This document shows, one piece after another, positions 23,510-30,474 of a DNA stretch of 39,035 nucleotides. The DNA is taken from assembly GCA_024692805.1 (NCBI GenBank), contig JAILMD010000063.1, positions 1 to 39,035 of the forward strand, given 5' to 3'. The notes under the pieces are model-generated. The model ran no database searches, had not been told where the DNA came from, and was given only the letters and a program-made list of their open reading frames with translations. The first letter of the stretch is position 1, and each line of letters starts with the position of its first letter. The position numbers were made by a program, and so were the translations under genes. Source of the DNA: a bacterium (GTDB taxonomy: Bacteria; Bacillota; Clostridia; Christensenellales; UBA1242).

Positions 23510-23782
23510 ATGAACAAAGGCGAATTTCTAAGAGCAGTTGCTAACGAAGCTGGAACAACTATTAAAGAAGCAACAGCAGTTTATGATGCTTATACTAAAG
23601 TTGTTTACGAAACTCTTGCTAAAGATCAAAAGATCGCATTAGTTGGCTTCGGAACTTATGAAGCTAAAAAGAAACCAGCTAGAACTTGCACTAACCCAAT
23701 GACTGGTGCTAAAGTTAAAGTTGCTGCTTGCAAAGCTCCAACATTCAAGTTTGGTAAAGCTTTCAAAGATTCTTTAAACTAA
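23510..23782 (+). CDS. hup: HU family DNA-binding protein
   Basis: MNKGEF, LVGFGTY, NPMTG, PTFKFGKAFK; AGGAGG RBS before ATG 23510. Confidence 0.93.
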   Translation: MNKGEFLRAVANEAGTTIKEATAVYDAYTKVVYETLAKDQKIALVGFGTYEAKKKPARTCTNPMTGAKVKVAACKAPTFKFGKAFKDSLN

Positions 23783-23791
23783 TCTTAAAAG

Positions 23792-23823
23792 AAAAAAGCC
23801 TTAACATCAGTTAAGGTTTTTTT
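23792..23823. terminator. bidirectional terminator
   Basis: AAAAAAGCCTTAAC-ATCA-GTTAAGGTTTTTT. Confidence 0.8.
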
Positions 23824-23832
23824 ATGTCTTTT

Positions 23833-25149
23833 TTATTTTTTGCTTGCCTTTTTGCTTTCTTTTAAAACTTTTTTAACGCTATAAAGGCGCTCATTTTTTT
23901 TCATAAGCATTTCATATCTTGCTTTGGCCTTTTCAATAACCTGCTCCCAGGTTATATAAAGATCGCGATGCGCCTGCTCTCCTATCCTTTCAATAAGCCC
24001 TTCTTCTTTAACAATATCATAAACCTTGTCAACAAATCCTTCAAGGCTGTTTTCAGCAACAAACCCATTAACGTTATCAGTAACCGTGCAACTCGTAACG
24101 CTTCCCTTTAAGAAAACTGCCGGAGTTTTAAAGCACGCCGCCTCAATTTGAACAATGCTTGAAACATCATAAAGGCTTGGGAATAAGAATAAATCAGCCA
24201 TCTGGTAAAACGAATAAAGCCTGTTGCGGTCAGTAACGCTTCCAACAAGCGTAACTTCATTAGTTAGCCCAAGTTCGCTAATTTTTTCGCTAAGTTCTTT
24301 TTTATCTGGCCCCGAGCCAACAAAAAACATTCTAAACTTAACGCCCCTATCTTTAAGCGCTTTAAGCGCCTCAACTAAAAAGATAATGTTTTTAGTTTTA
24401 ACAAGCCTTCCAACAAAAAGAAAAACCTTTTCATCGTTGCTAACGTTAAACTCTTTTCTAATTTTCTTTTCAAGTTCGTTAATGTTATCTGGCCTAACAA
24501 AATCTGTTGCATTTTCAATTAAATAATGATTGCCCTTAAACCCATAACTTATAAGCGTTTCAAGGCTGGCTTGGTGCATCGTCCAAACCTCTGTTGCCTT
24601 GTTAAAAACCTTCATAATATTGCTTAAAAGCATACTCGTTAATAATTCGCTCTTTGTTGCTTGGTAAAAATCTTTCTTATATTGACTATGAAAGGTTGCA
24701 ACAACAGGAATTTTTCTCTTTTTTGCTAGTTGAATTGCAAAAGAGCCAAGGCTAAATGGGCTGTGAACGTGAATAATATCAATTTTCAACTTTCTTATTA
24801 AATCATTAAAATCGCCGTCAAGCGTTGGAAACGCAAGGTCATAGTTAACGGCCTTAAAATATAAACTTCCCGCCCCTAAAACAAGATATTTTTGCTTTGA
24901 AACGTGCCCCTTATGAAGCGGAGCGCAAACAACAACGTTATAATCTTTCGTTAGCCTTTTAGCGTAATTATCTAAAACTCTAACAACACCATCAACAATA
25001 GGATAATAAGCGTCAGTAAAAATGGCAATTGTTTTCTTGCCGTTAGCGTTAAAGTCTTTAATTTTCGCTAAACACTCTTTCTTATATTCTCTGTTTTTCT
25101 TAATATAACTATCTTCATCAAAGATTTGCGCAACAATTTTTTTAGCCAT
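23833..25149 (-). CDS. GT4 glycosyltransferase, similar to diacylglycerol alpha-glucosyltransferases
   Basis: FTDAYYPIVDGV, HVHSPF, FVGRL..TKN, ADLFLFPS..D..IVQIEA; GAGGTG RBS before ATG 25149. Confidence 0.85.
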   Translation of the reverse strand: MAKKIVAQIFDEDSYIKKNREYKKECLAKIKDFNANGKKTIAIFTDAYYPIVDGVVRVLDNYAKRLTKDYNVVVCAPLHKGHVSKQKYLVLGAGSLYFKAVNYDLAFPTLDGDFNDLIRKLKIDIIHVHSPFSLGSFAIQLAKKRKIPVVATFHSQYKKDFYQATKSELLTSMLLSNIMKVFNKATEVWTMHQASLETLISYGFKGNHYLIENATDFVRPDNINELEKKIRKEFNVSNDEKVFLFVGRLVKTKNIIFLVEALKALKDRGVKFRMFFVGSGPDKKELSEKISELGLTNEVTLVGSVTDRNRLYSFYQMADLFLFPSLYDVSSIVQIEAACFKTPAVFLKGSVTSCTVTDNVNGFVAENSLEGFVDKVYDIVKEEGLIERIGEQAHRDLYITWEQVIEKAKARYEMLMKKNERLYSVKKVLKESKKASKK

Positions 25150-25297
25150 CTTCACCTCGTTATTTTAGTTTAAGTTTTTTTAACTTTTTAGTCAACGTTT
25201 TTACTAGATTTTTACTAATAAAGCCTTCTTTTTCGCCCAATTTTATAAGAATTTAAGAAAAAAACGAGTTTTAACAGATATTTTTTAAAAAACAGTA

Positions 25298-25326
25298 TTG
25301 ACAAACCGCAAAACCCGTGTTAAAAT
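25298..25326 (+). promoter_or_regulatory. near-consensus sigma-A promoter with no downstream ORF
   Basis: TTGACA (25298-25303), 17 bp, TAAAAT (25321-25326) with extended TGn. Confidence 0.8.
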
Positions 25327-25332
25327 AAGCAC

Positions 25333-25478
25333 GTAATTAAGTTTGAGTTACTTATTACTGAAAAAAGGAAATAATTCCTAAAAAAGCTATTAAGAACATT
25401 TCCCACTCTTAATATGCTAAAAACTCATTTTGTTTTATCCAGCAAAAGACCTTGGTTTATCCAAGGTCTTTTGCTTTA
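25333..25478 (+). ncRNA. putative small regulatory RNA (about 145 nt)
   Basis: Lies between an orphan promoter and a strong terminator; internal stems TGAGTT/AACTCA, AGGAA/TTCCT, TATTAAGA/TCTTAATA; no ORF with RBS. Confidence 0.6.
25441..25475. terminator. bidirectional terminator shared by putative sRNA and SipW operon
   Basis: Perfect 15-bp inverted repeat AGCAAAAGACCTTGG / CCAAGGTCTTTTGCT. Confidence 0.88.
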
Positions 25479-26060
25479 TGTTAAATCTTGCTGAACAACA
25501 ACATTTGCGTTGAAAACATAATCGTTTCCAGCATATTGGTTTTCACTCATATATGATGCTATTGGCCAAATCCAAGTAAACGTTATGGTAACAACTTGGC
25601 TAGCCGTGTTATTTGGCGTATATGCTATGTCTCCGCTAAAGTTAGCGCTTGAAAAGTCAACAGGTTCGTCTTGTCCGCTAAAATTAGTTTTAAACTGAAT
25701 TGGCGGATAGTCAACTAATGGCGTTTGCTTGCTAAAAGTAACGCTCCAATTAGCATTAGTTTCACAATAACGGCAGTCAATCGTTAGGTCAAAAGTTCCC
25801 ATAGAACCTGGACAAACTTTCGTTTCATCGCAAAGGTCATAAACAGTAACAGTTTCCGCAAGCGATAAGTTAAATGTGTCAGTTGTTGAGAAGTCTTCAT
25901 CATTAACAACAACCCACCACCCTGCTGCCCTATGGGTTGAATCAAAACTGAGCAAACTAGAAAAACGAGCAGCCGAGGTTGCAATCGCGCAACCAACAAC
26001 TGCCACAAACATGGCAATAATAACCAAAATTCTAACTGTTGACCCTTTAATTTTCTTCAC
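25476..26060 (-). CDS. SipW-cognate secreted protein, TasA/CalY-like (putative minor subunit)
   Basis: Signal peptide ending TSA-ARFSS; VCPGSMGTFDLTID and TFTWIWP motifs; GTG start with AGGA RBS. Confidence 0.65.
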   Translation of the reverse strand: MKKIKGSTVRILVIIAMFVAVVGCAIATSAARFSSLLSFDSTHRAAGWWVVVNDEDFSTTDTFNLSLAETVTVYDLCDETKVCPGSMGTFDLTIDCRYCETNANWSVTFSKQTPLVDYPPIQFKTNFSGQDEPVDFSSANFSGDIAYTPNNTASQVVTITFTWIWPIASYMSENQYAGNDYVFNANVVVQQDLT

Positions 26061-26070
26061 TGTTTTATCC

Positions 26071-26928
26071 TTACTTGCTAGCCTTTGTTTGTTTTGTTTT
26101 CTTCCCCTTGCTTTGTTTTTTAGGCTCTTTAACCTGTTTTTCTTGTTTAGGCTTAACCTCTTTTTTAGGCTCTTTAACCTCTATATCTTTTTCAGGTATT
26201 TCAACCTTTTCTTTATTTTCTTCAAGCGCCTTAATTTGCGCCTTTAATCTTTCTTTTTTGATTTTAATAATTATAAATTTAATAATTGATGGAAGATAAA
26301 GAATAAATATTCCAAGCCCTAAGAAAACGAACATTCCAACCGGTGACTTGAAGAATTCAATAATGTTTCCTCCGTTCCTAGCCATAAAGACAACTCGCCC
26401 ATAAATTTCATCATCTTTAATCCAGTTGTCATAGTCTGTTCCTGCTTGGTCAGGAGAGTTTCCAACATAATCTCCCTTCGTTCTATAACATCTTTCTCTT
26501 ATAAGCGATTTCTCATAAACTTCAATAATTCTGTGAGTAACCGTTTTTCCATCTTTAGTTTCAAAAGTTATAACGTCGCCTTTACTATATTCCCCCTGCG
26601 CGTGAATAACTATTAAGTCACCAGCATTAATTGTTGGGCTCATACTTCCCGTTTCAATCTTAAGATTAGCATATCCTAAAAACGTAGGAACTTTATCACC
26701 ACGGCTTTGTTTAATTAAAAAAACAATATCCGCAATAATACAGAATATTAAGATTGCGCTAAAAATCCCAAGCAAAACTTTAGCAACAATATTTAAAACT
26801 AATTTTGCTATTTCTTTCTTGGTTTTTTTAGGCTTAACTTCGCTAACCTCCTCCTCTTTTTTAGGTTCTTCTGGTTGAGGGTTTTTAGCCTTTTCTAGCT
26901 CTAATTTTTTGCGCTGTGACTTGCTCAT
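26071..26928 (-). CDS. sipW: SipW-type (Ser/His, S26B) signal peptidase, copy 2
   Basis: TGSMSP, GDLIV, GDVITF, VTHRI, TKGD; AAGGAG RBS before ATG 26928. Confidence 0.85.
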   Translation of the reverse strand: MSKSQRKKLELEKAKNPQPEEPKKEEEVSEVKPKKTKKEIAKLVLNIVAKVLLGIFSAILIFCIIADIVFLIKQSRGDKVPTFLGYANLKIETGSMSPTINAGDLIVIHAQGEYSKGDVITFETKDGKTVTHRIIEVYEKSLIRERCYRTKGDYVGNSPDQAGTDYDNWIKDDEIYGRVVFMARNGGNIIEFFKSPVGMFVFLGLGIFILYLPSIIKFIIIKIKKERLKAQIKALEENKEKVEIPEKDIEVKEPKKEVKPKQEKQVKEPKKQSKGKKTKQTKASK

Positions 26929-26935
26929 AATCTCC

Positions 26936-27805
26936 TTAAACAAATGATGCGTTAACTGAAATGTTTATTTTATATTCTGATTGATATTGCCCATTAAGCG
27001 TATCAAGTTCATCATCAACATTAGGGTCCCAAAACCAAAACAGCCTATAAACTTGCGATTGCCCTGCTTCAAGGCGCTTGGTTGGAATAGTTATTGTTCC
27101 AATATCTTTATAACCTTCCCCACCAATAACATAAGTTTCACCCATCAACCTATATCTTAGTGAAAACTCATTTTCGTTATGTTCAGTTAAAGTTATTGAA
27201 TATTCAATTGGGTGCGCATTAGCGTTGTTAATAACAAACCTATATTCTCCGCTGTCCCCCGGCGCTATGTAAGCGTCTGTGTTATATTGGTTGCTATAAA
27301 AGATTTTAAGGTTTCCGTTTTGCGTCCACTCTTGCTGGTTGCTTTGGTTAGCAACTTTTAAAACAGGAGCAGTGTTAAGATAATCATCATCAGGTTTAAT
27401 TATTCCCGCAACAATTGTTCCGGTAACAGCAGTTGCTGAAATTAATGCAATTAATAAAGGAAACAAAACTGAAACAATCTTGTTAGCCTTAACTCGCCCA
27501 ATATAAACGCTTGGCAAAACGTCAAATGACGTAGCACTTCGCCTTTTCGCATAAATGTTTTTGCTTTCATCAATCGTTCCGATAACGTCGCCTCGGCTTA
27601 TGATATCGTTTTTGTTATAACCCGAAGCAGTGTCTTTAGTAACAACCGTTCCCCAAAGTCTGCCGTTTAAGTCAAAGATTTTGTTTCCCGAAGTTGTTCC
27701 AACAATCTGATTTTGCGAATCATAAATTCGCTTGCGTAATCCAAGCTTAGGTTTGCCAACAATTGGCATGTTCGTTAAACTGTTTTTAAATCTTGATTCG
27801 TCCAT
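26936..27805 (-). CDS. membrane-anchored protein with C-terminal TasA/CalY-like domain
   Basis: N-terminal repeat domain, central TM, then IAPGDSGEYRFVINN and LEAGQSQVYRLFWFW. Confidence 0.65.
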   Translation of the reverse strand: MDESRFKNSLTNMPIVGKPKLGLRKRIYDSQNQIVGTTSGNKIFDLNGRLWGTVVTKDTASGYNKNDIISRGDVIGTIDESKNIYAKRRSATSFDVLPSVYIGRVKANKIVSVLFPLLIALISATAVTGTIVAGIIKPDDDYLNTAPVLKVANQSNQQEWTQNGNLKIFYSNQYNTDAYIAPGDSGEYRFVINNANAHPIEYSITLTEHNENEFSLRYRLMGETYVIGGEGYKDIGTITIPTKRLEAGQSQVYRLFWFWDPNVDDELDTLNGQYQSEYKINISVNASFV

Positions 27806-27842
27806 TTCCCTTTGTTTAATCCCGATTTTTCTTATGAAATTA

Positions 27843-27958
27843 TGTTAAGTTTAAAGAACTTTTTAAACCTAGCAAAATTTAATAAGAAGTTTTTTGGCGG
27901 TCTTTTTATCCAAGATCAAAGACCAACCAAAAACCACTTAATTTAGGCTGATGCCTAA
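27843..27958 (-). promoter_or_regulatory. three tandem stem-loops 3' of putative major subunit
   Basis: Inverted repeats at 27843-27874, 27891-27933, 27943-27958. Confidence 0.55.
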
Positions 27959-27982
27959 TAATTCTAAAACTTAATTTTCCAA

Positions 27983-28705
27983 TTAAGAAGCAATATATTG
28001 TTCTGCAACTAATGGAATGCTTACAGTAATTTCACTAACTGCAGCGTTTTGGTCAGCAGTTGCTAACTCAGCAATTTTGTTACCAAGGAAGGTGTCAAAT
28101 AAATTGCCTTTGCTAGTCCAAGTTACAGTAACTGGAACAGTAACTTCAAGTGTAGTTTCAGCGTCAGCTGGCATTGCTGAAATTGTTGTGTGGCCACCTG
28201 AAGTAGAAGTTGTTAATGTCATTCCTTCAGTGCTGGCAGCAGTAACTACTGCAGCTGCAAAATCTTCAGCAACGGTGTTGCTACCAAGTGTAACAGTAAA
28301 GATATCAGCTAATGTTGTTGAAGTCGTAATATTAGTATCATCTTTACCAATTCCATTTGTTGAATCTTTATATTCAGCAAGTAATGCAGTCCATGCGGCA
28401 GAAGCAAACACACCAGTACCAGTAACTGTTGCACCTGCTTGTGCAACACTAATCTCAGTTACAACTTGTGAGAAGTATTCAATTGTTGCATCTTTGTGTT
28501 GAGAAACACCAGGAGCAACAAGACCAACACTAGCGCCAACGCTAGCAGTTCCACCTGTAACTAAGAAACCGGCAGCTTGAACTTTAGCGCCGCCTTCAAC
28601 GTTGCTAGTGAACTTAGCGTAAGTTGAACCAATAACGCAAGTTGAAATGATAGTTAATGACAAAACTGCAAAAGCAATTGTCAATAACCAATTTTTCTTT
28701 TTCAT
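27983..28705 (-). CDS. SipW-cognate secreted protein, TasA/CalY-like (putative major fibre subunit)
   Basis: MKKKNW-hydrophobic-GSTYA/KFTS SipW-class signal; LVAPG motif; Ala/Thr/Val-rich; AAGGAG RBS before ATG 28705. Confidence 0.75.
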   Translation of the reverse strand: MKKKNWLLTIAFAVLSLTIISTCVIGSTYAKFTSNVEGGAKVQAAGFLVTGGTASVGASVGLVAPGVSQHKDATIEYFSQVVTEISVAQAGATVTGTGVFASAAWTALLAEYKDSTNGIGKDDTNITTSTTLADIFTVTLGSNTVAEDFAAAVVTAASTEGMTLTTSTSGGHTTISAMPADAETTLEVTVPVTVTWTSKGNLFDTFLGNKIAELATADQNAAVSEITVSIPLVAEQYIAS

Positions 28706-28740
28706 TTTGTTTTTCTCCTTTAAAAATTTTTCTTTTTGAA

Positions 28741-28880
28741 GATTTATACAGGTAGCTACTTTACCGTTCTGCATAAATCATCAAATTCGGCGGATATATG
28801 GTTTTGTAGCAATCCGCCAAATTGTTTTTGAGCACCAATAATTTGATTGCTCTTTATCTTAACAGTTTCTTGGCAAACTG
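28741..28880 (-). promoter_or_regulatory. four tandem stem-loops 5' of putative major subunit
   Basis: Inverted repeats at 28741-28779, 28784-28823, 28830-28852, 28863-28880. Confidence 0.55.
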
Positions 28881-28892
28881 ATAAAACCGAAG

Positions 28893-29822
28893 TTATTTGT
28901 TTTCTTTGTTTTCCTCCATCTCTTTGAGTTTTTTACGTAATTCCTCAAGCTCTTCATTAGCGCTTGCGCTAGTTTGCTTTTCAGCCTTGAGCTCGGCATT
29001 TCGTTTAACTAATTCATAAATGATTAAGGCAAGAGCAGGAAGACCAATGCAAACGATTAATCCCCAAACGCTTTGCATCCAATAAATAATTCCACCAAAT
29101 CCAGCAAGCCTTAAAACAAACTTACCAACAACTTGGTCGCCCGTTATTGGCTCGTCAGGATAAGTTACGTTTTCGCCTTGAACATTTTGTTTAGGCGTTC
29201 CGTCGCTGTTTCTAACAATATTGTTAATTCCGGTTGTTGTTATGTGAACAACGCCTTCCTCGTCAATAGTAACCTTAGCAACCTTATGGGTTATAACGGC
29301 GCCAAGCGTTCCATCAGCGTTTTTCTCACGATATGAAATAACGTCGCCAACAACAATAGTTTTAACGTCAACCTCTTTTGAAATAACAAGGTCGTTAGTT
29401 TTAATTTGAGGATACATTGAGTCACTGAGAACAATTAGTGGTTTAAAACCAAAAAAACTTGGGACATCATTAGGATGAGCGATTGCCCCAATAATCAAAA
29501 TAACGTTAATTAACAAAACAGGAACCATTAAAACCAACAAAACGATTGAAACAGTTAAAGAGGCAATTTCGCCCCCCGTTTTCTTTCTTTTAGTTTTAAC
29601 TTGAGGCTCGCGAACCTTTGCTTCACTTACTTCAGGCTTAACTTCAGCCTTTTCTTTGGTTTTTTCTTCAGCCTTAACTTCAGCCTCTTTCTTTTCAACC
29701 TTTTCGGCTTTTTTAGTTCTTTGTTTTTTTACTTCAGCTTTTTCTTCAGCTTTAACTTCTGCTTTTTCTTCAGCCCTTTCTTCGGCTTCAAACATAGCAA
29801 CTGAATCGTTAGATACGTCCAT
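28893..29822 (-). CDS. sipW: SipW-type (Ser/His, S26B) signal peptidase, copy 1
   Basis: VLSDSMYP, NDLVI, GDVISY, ITHKV; AGGAGG RBS before ATG 29822; long E/K-rich N-terminus. Confidence 0.85.
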   Translation of the reverse strand: MDVSNDSVAMFEAEERAEEKAEVKAEEKAEVKKQRTKKAEKVEKKEAEVKAEEKTKEKAEVKPEVSEAKVREPQVKTKRKKTGGEIASLTVSIVLLVLMVPVLLINVILIIGAIAHPNDVPSFFGFKPLIVLSDSMYPQIKTNDLVISKEVDVKTIVVGDVISYREKNADGTLGAVITHKVAKVTIDEEGVVHITTTGINNIVRNSDGTPKQNVQGENVTYPDEPITGDQVVGKFVLRLAGFGGIIYWMQSVWGLIVCIGLPALALIIYELVKRNAELKAEKQTSASANEELEELRKKLKEMEENKENK

Positions 29823-29897
29823 AAAAGACCTCCTGAGGTTAGTTTTGGAATCTTGCCAACTTTTATTCATTTGGCACCACTCCACCATAACAAATTT

Positions 29898-29925
29898 AAT
29901 ATAACATATTAAAAAGTTTTTTCAA
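29898..29925 (-). promoter_or_regulatory. putative promoter of SipW operon
   Basis: Minus strand TTGAAA, 16 bp, TATATT with extended TGn. Confidence 0.45.
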
Positions 29926-30007
29926 AATAAAATTCGCCATTTTTCTTAAACAAATCTTAATATCTTTAAACGTAGTTTAAAAGTTATTGTTATGTTTTTT
30001 CATAGGC

Positions 30008-30037
30008 GTTAAAGAAACTTGTTAACATTTCTTTAAC
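30008..30037. repeat. near-perfect palindrome, possible operator
   Basis: GTTAAAGAAA-CT-TGTTAACA-TTTCTTTAAC. Confidence 0.55.
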
Positions 30038-30317
30038 TTTTTGTTAAAAAATCGCAAAAAATTATACCTAAAAACACCAAATTTTGCCATTTTTGACACT
30101 TTATAAATAACATTTTGCAGTTTTTAAGCAATCAGCAATCAATTTCTTAACTAAAACAAACTAATTTCTGCAAAACAATAAAAATTAGAATTAAATATCA
30201 CCTTTTTATTAAAAATTTAACAAATTTTAATCATTACTTATTAATTAAATAACAATAGTTAAGCAATAAAGATTTTGTTAACTTTTAACATAATTTTTAT
30301 TGGTTTTATTAAAACTC

Positions 30318-30346
30318 TTGCAAAACACGTTAAAACCTTGTATAAT
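30318..30346 (+). promoter_or_regulatory. sigma-A promoter of tRNA
   Basis: TTGCAA, 17 bp, TATAAT. Confidence 0.8.
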
Positions 30347-30361
30347 AAAATCACCTTGTGT

Positions 30362-30436
30362 GCTACTGTGGCTCAGTGGTAGAGCACCGCATTGGTAATG
30401 CGGCGGTCGCGAGTCCGATTCTCGCCAGTAGCTCCA
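30362..30436 (+). tRNA. tRNA-Thr(GGT)
   Basis: Acceptor GCTACTG/CAGTAGC, D arm GCTC/GAGC, anticodon arm CCGCA-TTGGTAA-TGCGG, T arm GCGAG/CTCGC, encoded CCA. Confidence 0.96.
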
Positions 30437-30438
30437 AT

Positions 30439-30472
30439 AAAAAAACCGGCTTAATGCCGGCTTTTATTTTTT
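30439..30472. terminator. bidirectional terminator (tRNA / degV)
   Basis: CCGGC-TTAAT-GCCGG flanked by A and T runs. Confidence 0.75.
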
Positions 30473-30474
30473 CT

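Noticed and set aside
23670-23735. HU arm with two Cys (RTCTNPMTG...AACK) as a redox switch
   Set aside because: The Cys residues do not appear to be in cross-strand register, and arm variation is common
25355-25399. Minus-strand 14-codon hydrophobic ORF MFLIAFLGIISFFQ opposite the putative sRNA, suggesting a type I toxin-antitoxin pair
   Set aside because: Lies just past a strong terminator with no promoter of its own and poor SD spacing; T-rich DNA gives such peptides by chance. Ribo-seq would settle it
25434-25465. TTATCCAG/TTATCCAAG as DnaA boxes
   Set aside because: Two mismatches each, no cluster, and better explained as RNA hairpin or seed sequence
28860-28893. GGCAAAC suggesting a c-di-GMP-I riboswitch before the fibre subunit
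   Set aside because: Wrong strand, and lacks the GNRA loop and second GCAAA element
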